Source: Synechocystis sp. PCC 6803 substr. PCC-P | GTDB taxonomy: Bacteria > Cyanobacteriota > Cyanobacteriia > Cyanobacteriales > Microcystaceae | Assembly (NCBI RefSeq): GCF_000284455.1 | Contig: NC_017039.1 | Location: 1,920,001-1,952,000, forward strand | Length of the DNA stretch: 32,000 nucleotides | Reading direction: 5' to 3' | In this document: positions 1 through 7,350 of the stretch, one piece after another | How the letters are laid out: each line of letters begins with the position of its first letter | Numbering within the stretch: position 1 is the stretch's first letter | The notes under the pieces: generated by a model | The model's input: only the letters and a program-made list of their open reading frames with translations | What the model was told of the DNA's origin: nothing | The model's database searches: none | Program-made: the position numbers and the translations under genes

Positions 1-2
1 AA

Positions 3-947
3 TCTTGGACTAAACAGTTATTAATCGAAGCGGGAGTGCCCACAGCTTTTGGGGAAACTTTCACTGAGCCAGCTCCAGCCCAGGCCTATGCCACGAAAAT
101 GGGAGCTCCCATTGTGGTGAAAGCCGACGGTTTAGCCGCTGGTAAAGGGGTGATTGTGGCCCAAACTTCAGCCGAAGCAACCACGGCGATCGCCGAATTA
201 TTTGACCAGGGCTTTGAAAAAATTGTGGTGGAGGAATTTTTACCGGGGGAAGAGGTGTCCGTGCTGGCCCTCTGTGACGGCAAAACAGTTATTCCCCTGC
301 TACCAGCCCAGGACCACAAACGCATTGGGGAAGGAGACCAAGGGCTCAATACTGGTGGCATGGGAGCCTACTGCCCTGCTCCCATCGCCCCGCCAGCGGT
401 CATAGACCAGGTGCAAAAACAAATCCTACAGCCCACTGCTAACGCTTTAGCTAAACGGGGCATTGATTACCGGGGAGTATTATATGCCGGCTTAATGGTC
501 AGCCCCACCGGGGAAATTAAAGTGTTGGAATATAACTGTCGTTTTGGTGATCCTGAAACCCAAGCGGTGTTGCCCCTCCTGGCCACTCCTCTAGAAAAGG
601 TATTGATGGCCTGTGTGGAACAAAACCTAGAGCAATTGGGACCTCTGCAATGGCATTCCGGTAATGCTGTTTGTGTGGTGGTGGCCGCTGGTGGTTATCC
701 CGGCAGTTACCGCAAAGGAGATGAAATCAATGGTTTGGCTGAAGCCGAAGCTCAAGATGTTAAGGTATTCCATGCTGGCACAGAATTAAAGGAAGGCAAA
801 GTTTTGACCAATGGAGGCCGGGTATTGGGAGTCACCGCCCTAGGAAAAGACTTATCCACGGCGATCGCCACTGCCTATCGGGGAGTAGAACAAATTGACT
901 TTGATGGTATGTATTACCGACGGGACATCGGCCACAAAGCACTTTGA
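3..947 (+). CDS. purD: Phosphoribosylamine-glycine ligase (GAR synthetase), C-terminal ~315 aa; the 5' end lies outside the window
   Basis: The frame is open from base 3 (SWTKQLLIEAGVPTAFGETF...), so the ORF-track start at 36 is an internal GTG. The ATP-grasp PurD signatures are present: VVKADGLAAGKGV, EEFLxGEE(V)S, VLEYNCRFGDPE, TNGGRVLGV. Confidence 0.92.
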   Translation, partial: SWTKQLLIEAGVPTAFGETFTEPAPAQAYATKMGAPIVVKADGLAAGKGVIVAQTSAEATTAIAELFDQGFEKIVVEEFLPGEEVSVLALCDGKTVIPLLPAQDHKRIGEGDQGLNTGGMGAYCPAPIAPPAVIDQVQKQILQPTANALAKRGIDYRGVLYAGLMVSPTGEIKVLEYNCRFGDPETQAVLPLLATPLEKVLMACVEQNLEQLGPLQWHSGNAVCVVVAAGGYPGSYRKGDEINGLAEAEAQDVKVFHAGTELKEGKVLTNGGRVLGVTALGKDLSTAIATAYRGVEQIDFDGMYYRRDIGHKAL

Positions 948-1151
948 CAAGGAGTTGGGAACGGAAATTCTTCGGGGAGAATGGATTGGGGTAAAACAAA
1001 TTTCCCCTGGGGCCGGAGAGGAAAAGACCAGTGGCCTTGGCAATGGCAAAAGTAAACCAATGGTGTCCTAAAGAGATCAACCGGGAATGTTAATATACGT
1101 TGCAGTTTGCCTTGAACTACCTTCCTACATTTGCCCTTCCCCAATTTGACT

Positions 1152-1766
1152 ATGCTTCAACGTCTTGTGCACATATTGGCTTTAACTGTCTGCGGCCTTG
1201 CCGTGGTCTCCAGTTTGACTCCGTCAGTCCGGGGACAGGGGGTCACGGAGGTGGAGGAAGTGATTATCGAGGGTAGTGGTCCCGAAAATTCTAGGGAGTT
1301 TCGTCCCCTCAACCAAGAAGGTAGTATCTTGAGCGTGGGCGCCGGCCGTCGCTTAATGAATGAAGCTAATGAGGCTATTAATCTTAACCAGTACACAGTG
1401 GCTCTGGAAAAACTACAGGAAGCCCGCAAGATTTTTAACCAATTGTCCAACTTTCATCTGCAATTAGCTAATAGTTTCTCGGGCATTAACACGGTTATTT
1501 TTGAAGAACAAAGAATTGCCGCTCTGGAAACTGGTCAACTGCGGGATGAAGCTACCTACCGTTTAGCTCTAGTACATCGAGCCAACAACGAACCAGCTTT
1601 GGCGGTGCCCCTGTTGCTACAAATTATCCGTTCCCAGAATCCCACCACGGACTTGGGCAGAAAATCCTACCAACAGCTTTATGAATTGGGTTTTGTAGCT
1701 TCTCCGTTTGAGGGACCCACCCCCACTGGCACCAATGCGGCCCCTACTGCCCCGGTGGTTAATTAG
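1152..1766 (+). CDS. Hypothetical secreted/periplasmic protein, helical repeat-like
   Basis: The ATG at 1152 gives MLQRLVHILALTVCGLAVVSS, a signal-peptide-like N-terminus. The ORF-track start at 1131 is TTG. I recognise no catalytic motif. Confidence 0.6.
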   Translation: MLQRLVHILALTVCGLAVVSSLTPSVRGQGVTEVEEVIIEGSGPENSREFRPLNQEGSILSVGAGRRLMNEANEAINLNQYTVALEKLQEARKIFNQLSNFHLQLANSFSGINTVIFEEQRIAALETGQLRDEATYRLALVHRANNEPALAVPLLLQIIRSQNPTTDLGRKSYQQLYELGFVASPFEGPTPTGTNAAPTAPVVN

Positions 1767-1818
1767 CCCCAGTTGTGGTCAGCAACATCTTGACTGGACG
1801 GTGGAATGCTTACTTGGA

Positions 1819-2169
1819 TTAGGTTTGGCTAGAATATTTTTGCTCGATCGCCGTCACCAGTTGAATACAATCCAATTCTTCCGGTTTGACTTGTTCCGTA
1901 AACCAGGCGGCCAAAATTTCCTTGGCGATCGCCGGGGAAGTGGCCCGTAAACTCATTACCAGCACATTGACATCGTTCCACCAACGGGTTCCCTTGGCAG
2001 TTTCCGCATCCCTCACTAGGGCGGCCCTGATACCCGGTACTTTATTGGCCGCAATGGAGACACCCGTTCCCGTCCAACAAAATAGTATGCCTTCCTCTAC
2101 GGTTTGACCGGCCACCGCTTCCGCTAATTGTTGGGCAACCAATGGCCAGGGGTCTTTTTCCCCTGCCAA
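1819..2169 (-). CDS. RpiB/LacA/LacB-family sugar-phosphate isomerase homologue lacking the N-terminal ~40 residues (probably a truncated remnant)
   Basis: It aligns by eye to E. coli RpiB from the DYP..A..VA..V region onward (GILFCWTGTGVSIAANKVPGIRAAL, NDVNVLVMS, TAIEQ). The N-terminal GxDHxG segment is absent. There is no ATG; the frame runs upstream into the IS end and the ORF-track start is TTG. Confidence 0.6.
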   Translation of the reverse strand: MAGEKDPWPLVAQQLAEAVAGQTVEEGILFCWTGTGVSIAANKVPGIRAALVRDAETAKGTRWWNDVNVLVMSLRATSPAIAKEILAAWFTEQVKPEELDCIQLVTAIEQKYSSQT

Positions 2170-2197
2170 GGCGCCAAATAAGCAAAGAATGAGATAG

Positions 2198-2500
2198 TTA
2201 GGACAGCTCTCTCAACGCTATATCCAATGCAGCAATCAGCGATTCTCCATTACTAACCAGTTGGGCAACATAACGTTTTAGTTTCGCCCAGAACTTCTCA
2301 ATTTTGTTCAAGTCCGGTGAATATGGTGGTAAAAATATAACCTCACACCCAGCTTTTGCTAACAATTCCTTGATTCTTTCTTTCGGATGAAAGCTTGCAT
2401 TATCCATAATTAGTATCTGACCTGGTATTAACTCTGGTAACAACATTTCTTCTATCCACCTGCATACTACTTGGGCGTTGCAGTATCCTTCAAATATCAT
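2198..2500 (-). pseudogene. IS630-family transposase, C-terminal catalytic fragment
   Basis: In ILIMDNASFHPK...SPDLNKIEKFW there are exactly 35 residues between the second D and the E (DD35E). The frame continues upstream (ERLTYMGQAGLDD...SIISCW) but is broken by an in-frame TAG at 2522-2524. Confidence 0.85.
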
Positions 2501-2652
2501 TGGAGCTATTGTAGTTCCATTCTACCAACAACTTATTATGCTGACTCTCTTGGTTCTATGTCCTAATTTAGTCCCCTTAAATCCCTCTGATTTATGACAG
2601 TAACCATAGGGGTAGTCCAGGGTATCATCTAGACCAGCTTGACCCATATAAG

Positions 2653-2925
2653 TCAATCTTTCTGGCGCATATTGCTTGAGCTCATTTTCACATTCCTTTC
2701 TTCTTCATCTATTTCCCTGTAAATATAAGTTTTTTTTCTGGTAAAATCTACTTTCTTTAAAGCTTGACCTATTCTTGTTTTACCGAGCGTCTCGGGCCAT
2801 TTCTCCGCCATTTCCCTTTGAGTTAAATGACTATTCTCCTCCGCAAATTCTTTGAATTTATCTAAATCATTTATTTTCGGCTGTGGACCACGATGGTAGT
2901 CTGTTACTGGGCATACACTTCCCAT
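2653..2925 (-). pseudogene. IS630-family transposase, central fragment
   Basis: ...GSVCPVTDYHRGPQPKINDLDKFKEFAEEN.. is typical of the IS630 N-terminal half. It sits in a different frame from the 2198-2500 fragment, with a frameshift near 2680-2700. Confidence 0.8.
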
Positions 2926-2943
2926 ATACCTCTTTTTCTTAAT

Positions 2944-3063
2944 TCATAGGTCTAATGTGTTGCGACTAATGTTTAGCGTCCTACACACCTGGCTTTTTTT
3001 CTCACCTCTTTCCACTGCACTTACTGCTTTTTCTCTCAGGTCAATACTGTAGGGGGCTGGCAT
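2944..3063 (-). pseudogene. IS630-family transposase, N-terminal HTH fragment ending at an in-frame TGA
   Basis: My own translation of the minus strand from the ATG at 3063 gives MPAPYSIDLREKAVSAVERGEKKSQVCRTLNISRNTLDL*. The stop at 2944-2946 is in the same frame as the 2653-2925 ORF, consistent with a TGG-to-TGA change. Confidence 0.7.
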
Positions 3064-3097
3064 CGCTTTTTCCTTATCTTTATCTTTTTCCTATATT

Positions 3098-3165
3098 ATG
3101 TCCTAATCTATGCTATGTCCTAATCTATGCTATGTCCTAATCTATGCTATGTCCTAATCTATGCG
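3098..3165. repeat. Tandem repeat, 4 x 17 bp (ATGTCCTAATCTATGCT; the last copy ends in G)
   Basis: Read directly at 3098-3114, 3115-3131, 3132-3148 and 3149-3165. Each unit contains the IS terminal repeat core TGTCCTAATC followed by TA. Confidence 0.95.
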
Positions 3166-3278
3166 ATTTTTGCTATATGGCTTTATTAATTTTTATTAAG
3201 ATTTGATTAAATCTTGAGACATCTTTTTTTCAGAAATGTACATTAACTTTATTGTTAGCAGGTAAAGTAAAAAAAATC

Positions 3279-3878
3279 ATGTCATTTTCAGAATCTAAAA
3301 TTATTGACCGCTTACTTTCAGTGATTGAACAGGATATTGTTCCTAAAACCCGGGAGGGGGTTAAAGCCGGAAACAAACTATTTGGTGCGGCAATTCTTAA
3401 AAAGGAAGACCTATCAACGTTAGTATCCAGTACGAATACAGAAACGGAAAACCCTCTCTGGCATGGTGAAGTCCACACCATGAAAAAACTCTATGAACTT
3501 CCCCGGAAAAAGCGTCCTAATCCCCGGGATTGCATTTTTCTTGCCACCCACGAGCCCTGTTCACTTTGTTTATCAGCTATTACCTGGGGCGGATACGATA
3601 ATTTTTATTATCTTTTTAGTTTTGAAGATTCTCGTGATTCATTTAATATTCCCCATGACCTGCGTATCTTAAAAGAGGTATTCAAGGTAGAAAATGGGGA
3701 CTATTCCCATGATAATTACTATTGGAAAAGTCATGATTTGGTCAAGCTAGTTGATGGCTATCAAGGAGAATTAAAGCGGTCTTTTCTGGACCGCATTGAA
3801 AATCTAAAGGCTGTTTATGCTGAAATGTCTGATGTGTATCAATCCAGTAAAGGAGATGCAGACATTCCTTTAGATTAA
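3279..3878 (+). CDS. Zinc-dependent CDA-fold nucleoside/nucleobase deaminase (cytidine/deoxycytidylate deaminase superfamily)
   Basis: The H(G)E motif (LWHGEVH) and PCxxC motif (HEPCSLCLSAITWGG) have the expected spacing. The overall layout resembles the yeast Fcy1/TadA/guanine-deaminase type. The ATG at 3279 is in frame with the TTG at 3252 used by the ORF track. No signal peptide. Confidence 0.8.
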   Translation: MSFSESKIIDRLLSVIEQDIVPKTREGVKAGNKLFGAAILKKEDLSTLVSSTNTETENPLWHGEVHTMKKLYELPRKKRPNPRDCIFLATHEPCSLCLSAITWGGYDNFYYLFSFEDSRDSFNIPHDLRILKEVFKVENGDYSHDNYYWKSHDLVKLVDGYQGELKRSFLDRIENLKAVYAEMSDVYQSSKGDADIPLD

Positions 3879-4026
3879 TCTTATTTTTTCTGGAAATAAA
3901 TTTGATGAATTATAAAATTTTAAAACTTTTACCATTACCCAACTTCACTGGACAAATTAAGTTACTAATTCATTAAAATTTATTGATTTTTGTCGCGAGC
4001 ACTTTTCGTTTGTTTTTTAGATAGTC

Positions 4027-4971
4027 ATGGATAAATACTCTAATCCAGAGAATAAAGAATGCGTTAATACGGTGCTTTTTGCTGAATTAGTTGCCCCTGA
4101 AGATGAGCCAAAATACTTGGCTGATCAAAGGCAACTAATTTTGTCTGCCCAACAACAAATTGGTTTTATTAATGCTGATTTTTTAGCTCCTATTCCAGAA
4201 ACTAGAACTGAGTGGTTAACAATTATTCAATTTGCCCAAGAAAAAAATCTTAACCACTATCTAAACTCGGAAGAATTTAAGATTCTCTTATCTCATAAAT
4301 CTTATGTGCAATTATCTAAAAGACAGTTTTTGTCAAATTTTACCCAAAAAGCTTCTATGCTGATTACAACCACTCTAAAGCCAGAAAATGAAGCAAATTG
4401 GCTCGAATGGAATGACAAAATTAATAAAACAATGAGGAAGTTTCCTGGCTTTATTGAGTCAGATATTCGGCCATCAATCATAGAACAAAAAGCCAATAAC
4501 AAAACCTGGATTGTTAATTTTCAGTTCGATAACTTGGATAATCTTAACCACTGGCTCAATTCTCCAGAAAGAGAAGTATTAATTGAAGAGGGCTCTTCTT
4601 TTTACGAGGAATCCGTAGTGAGTCAGTTTCCCAGCGGCTTTTCTAGTTGGTTTGATGTTGCAGGAAAACCAACAACACTAGCCCAATGGAAAATGCCTCT
4701 TATAGTGGAAATGGGATTATATCCTATGGTGCTTATCCAAACTAAGTTCCTTGGTTTTCTAAATATTTTTCCATTACCTGTGGTTCTTTTAATCAATACC
4801 TTGTGCTCCTGTATTTTGCTTCAATATTTTGTAATTCCAGTTATTCAAAAAATGATGCGTTTTTGGCTTTACCCGCAAAAATATTATAAAGAAAAAATTG
4901 ACTTTTGGGGAAGTGTAATAGTGGCTTTATATTTGCTGTTTATCTGCAGAGTAATGGTGTTTGTATTTTAA
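4027..4971 (+). CDS. Membrane protein with two ABM (Dabb-fold, antibiotic-biosynthesis-monooxygenase-like) domains and a C-terminal multi-TM anchor
   Basis: The second domain (WLEWNDKINKTMRKFPGFIESDI...WIVNFQFDNLDNLNHWLNSPER) matches the ABM pattern, and a weaker first copy lies at residues ~15-90. The C-terminus has about 3 hydrophobic helices (PLIVEMGLYPMVLI, PLPVVLLINTLCSCILLQYFVIPVI, GSVIVALYLLFICRVMVFVF), resembling COG3224-type proteins as I remember them. Confidence 0.6.
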   Translation: MDKYSNPENKECVNTVLFAELVAPEDEPKYLADQRQLILSAQQQIGFINADFLAPIPETRTEWLTIIQFAQEKNLNHYLNSEEFKILLSHKSYVQLSKRQFLSNFTQKASMLITTTLKPENEANWLEWNDKINKTMRKFPGFIESDIRPSIIEQKANNKTWIVNFQFDNLDNLNHWLNSPEREVLIEEGSSFYEESVVSQFPSGFSSWFDVAGKPTTLAQWKMPLIVEMGLYPMVLIQTKFLGFLNIFPLPVVLLINTLCSCILLQYFVIPVIQKMMRFWLYPQKYYKEKIDFWGSVIVALYLLFICRVMVFVF

Positions 4972-5057
4972 TAATTGAAGTTGTCTGAAGCGTCTCAATA
5001 TATCAAAAAAGCTTTATTATTTTTCGCACTATTTTCTCGACTCATCCCTTCTCCATC

Positions 5058-6728
5058 ATGACTTTTTATTATTTGCTTTTTGGTGTGCAGGATTTAGGAT
5101 TAATACTGTTTTCTAAATTTCTTTCTGCAAATTCTAACTATTCTTGGCTTAAGCTTAGCCTCACTTTGGCGATCGCCATCTTTCCCCAGTCGAAAATTCT
5201 GGCCGAGTCTATGCCAGAAGAGGAAGTTGGCAAGATAAATTTAGTTACAGAAATAGAATTTGATGATCAAAATAATAGTAAAAACAAAGAAAATATAGAT
5301 ATATTTCTTAATAAACAATCCCAGTTTCATTTTGCTAAAGATGTTAGAATCAGTCCTTTAAAAGCTTTAACTCCAGGAGAATTAGGGGACTGGCAAGAAG
5401 AGGCTGTGCATTATGCCCAGATATTACAGATAAACAATTTTGACCCAGACCATGATCACCATCATGAACCCCATCAATCCGTAGTCGCTATCAGTGGCAA
5501 CCCCGCCGCCTCTAACATGTTAGTGGGTACAGGACAACTAGGTCAATGGTTAGGGTTAGACGAAAACAGTCCCCTTCGTTTAGGGGGCATTTTTATGGGC
5601 AATATTAGTCAACAAATTTCCGGCGGCAATCAGCCTGGTTCCACCGATTTTAATGGAGCTTTAATTTTAGGTTTGGGAATAGATTTAGAAAAAGCAGTGG
5701 GTTGGAAAAATGCTTTTTTTGAAGTGGAAGGTTTGCAATATAACGGCCAACCAGTCAACTTTGCGGCAGGTTCTGTCCAGGGCTATAACTCCATTGAAGC
5801 CGGGCCCCCTTTGAATCGCACGGAATTGTACCAACTCTGGCTCAATCAAACCTTTCTTGATAATCGCCTTTCTTTTCGGGTGGGCAAGTTAATCCCTTCG
5901 ATGAATTTTGGTTATGTGGGGCGACCCTTTGTGACCCAAACCAATCCGCAATTATTCACTTCCACCACCGGCTTAATTTATACTCCCGTATTTGTAGGGC
6001 CGGCCATGTTGGGCTTCATTCCCGGCTACTACAATTCAGCTTTTGGTTTATATGGTTCATGGAAATCCTGGGGTGCCCCCGGCGACAATCCCGCTACTCC
6101 CAATGGTTGGTACACCCAAGCGGGAATTTATGACGGCAGAGGCGCACAGGGAGTACAAACGGGTTTAACTTGGCCTAATTTTTCCGGTGCGTTGTTCAGC
6201 GTGGCAGAAGTGGGGGGAACCTGGACTCCCTACGCTGATGATCCGGCAACCGGTTGGGGCAGTGTGGCGGTAGGGGGATGGCGACAGAGTGGTCCGCTAA
6301 CGGCCCCTGGGGGCGCATTTGAAGCCCAAACGGGGGGCATGTATGCTTACTTGGTGCAAAAACTAGGTAAATTCCGGGATAGCGAAGATCAAAACGGTAT
6401 TGTTGGCTTTGTCCAAGGTGGTTGGAACAGCTCCAGCACAGCTTTAATGCATAGTTCCCTCGGCTTTGGTTTAACTTTCATTGCCCCCTTTGGCGATCGC
6501 CCGTTGGACAGTTACGGTTTCGGTTTTTCCTGGGCCAGGCTAAATGCTAATCCCCTAGCGGGCTACGGCTTTAATAGTTACGAAACCATGATCCAGCTTT
6601 ATGCCCAGTACCATCTGGTGGGTAATTTATTTATTCAACCGGTGCTGACGGTTTTACCTACTCCCGGTAGTGGTGGGGCTGGGGCTCCTAGTGTAAGTGG
6701 CACTGTACAACTCACTTTCCCCTTCTAA
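5058..6728 (+). CDS. Outer-membrane beta-barrel porin, OprB (carbohydrate-selective porin) family, without an SLH domain
   Basis: OprB-like block DLEKAVGWKNAFFEVEG...RTELYQLWLNQTFLDNRLSFRVGKL. The composition is rich in G/Y/F/N with alternating strands, and the C-terminal F (QLTFPF) is typical of OMP sorting. The exact start is uncertain because the N-terminus is hydrophobic but atypical. Confidence 0.72.
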   Translation: MTFYYLLFGVQDLGLILFSKFLSANSNYSWLKLSLTLAIAIFPQSKILAESMPEEEVGKINLVTEIEFDDQNNSKNKENIDIFLNKQSQFHFAKDVRISPLKALTPGELGDWQEEAVHYAQILQINNFDPDHDHHHEPHQSVVAISGNPAASNMLVGTGQLGQWLGLDENSPLRLGGIFMGNISQQISGGNQPGSTDFNGALILGLGIDLEKAVGWKNAFFEVEGLQYNGQPVNFAAGSVQGYNSIEAGPPLNRTELYQLWLNQTFLDNRLSFRVGKLIPSMNFGYVGRPFVTQTNPQLFTSTTGLIYTPVFVGPAMLGFIPGYYNSAFGLYGSWKSWGAPGDNPATPNGWYTQAGIYDGRGAQGVQTGLTWPNFSGALFSVAEVGGTWTPYADDPATGWGSVAVGGWRQSGPLTAPGGAFEAQTGGMYAYLVQKLGKFRDSEDQNGIVGFVQGGWNSSSTALMHSSLGFGLTFIAPFGDRPLDSYGFGFSWARLNANPLAGYGFNSYETMIQLYAQYHLVGNLFIQPVLTVLPTPGSGGAGAPSVSGTVQLTFPF

Positions 6729-6752
6729 AAAACTTCTAGAAAATATGTCCAA

Positions 6753-7049
6753 CTATTCCGGCTGAGAATTGGCAGGGGTGGATTCCACCTCCCCAGTTTC
6801 CGCCTCCAGGGTCGATGGAGATTCTACTAAGTTTTCCGGAGGGGTGAATTGGGGTGGCTCCGAATCACTGCCGGTGTTAATTTTGGGAATAAAATCTGGT
6901 CTTTTTGATCTTTCCCAACCCACAGGGCGTTTGGAATTGTACCAGGCCACCAAACCGATGGACACCGCCGCCACCAAACCCACAACATAGACCGCTACAA
7001 AGTAGGTGGGAAACGTGCCAGCAACCGCCAGGATGGGTAGAGCAAACAT
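6753..7049 (-). CDS. Small membrane protein, hypothetical (2 TM helices plus an acidic, Pro/Ser-rich tail)
   Basis: The start is ATG. The N-terminal segments MFALPILAVAGTFPTYFVAVYVVGLVAAVSIGLVAW are hydrophobic. No homology recognised. Confidence 0.5.
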   Translation of the reverse strand: MFALPILAVAGTFPTYFVAVYVVGLVAAVSIGLVAWYNSKRPVGWERSKRPDFIPKINTGSDSEPPQFTPPENLVESPSTLEAETGEVESTPANSQPE

Positions 7050-7350
7050 ATTTTTTAAGAAATAATAGTTGGGGGGGGGAACGAACCCAATCTTAACAAA
7101 AATTGTTATCAGGGCAATGGCTCACCCTGGGGTGATTTCAGACATTGAAGGATTAATTCTAGGCATTTGGTAGCCAATTTAGCAACCCGATCCCCAGGGG
7201 GGTGGCCTATGATAAAGTGCCAGATGTGGAGTAAGATCAGTGTCGGCCACACCATATCTGTGGCTTAATTTATCTAAGCTCTCACTTTGGGCCCTTGACC
7301 CTGTCAGTTTGTTCCGCTACCCTACGAAGTCCCCCTGACTGTCTTTTTCT

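Larger units (their letters stand above)
2195..3165 (-). mobile_element. IS630-family (Tc1/mariner superfamily) insertion sequence, degenerate, with an iterated right terminus
   Basis: The transposase remnant has an HTH N-terminus and DD35E spacing. The short terminal inverted repeat is TA-GTTAGGACA at 2195-2205 versus TGTCCTAATC-TA at 3099-3110, and both ends are flanked by TA, as expected for IS630 TA target duplication. The right-end sequence recurs in 4 tandem copies up to 3165, so the true right boundary is ambiguous (3110 to 3161). Confidence 0.75.

Noticed and set aside
86-405. ORFs at 86-361 (-) and 154-405 (+) inside purD
   Set aside because: They lie entirely within the strongly supported purD frame, have no recognisable motifs, and show a biased composition typical of shadow frames.
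832-1144. Three mutually overlapping minus-strand ORFs (832-1080, 852-1049, 914-1144) in the purD/next-gene spacer
   Set aside because: They overlap each other in different frames and overlap the purD 3' end. None has an SD sequence or any homology signal, so they are most likely noise.
1708-2107. Plus-strand ORFs at 1708-1950 and 1886-2107
   Set aside because: They are antisense to the RpiB-like ORF, which has clear family similarity. These have none.
2556-2570. Internal copy of the IS end-like sequence (CTATGTCCTAATTTA) inside the element
   Set aside because: It falls in the transposase coding remnant, where it encodes ..KLGHR.. on the minus strand. It shares only about 9-10 nt with the terminal repeat, so it is probably coincidental rather than a nested end.
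3098-3165. Possibility that the 17-bp tandem array is a mini-CRISPR
   Set aside because: The units are directly adjacent with no spacers, are too short for CRISPR repeats, and match the IS terminus.
3198-3215. AT-rich palindrome AAGATTT-GATT-AAATCTT upstream of the deaminase gene, superficially similar to the palindrome near ggpS
   Set aside because: The two palindromes are not the same sequence, and in DNA this AT-rich such 7-bp inverted repeats are expected by chance. I left it unassigned.
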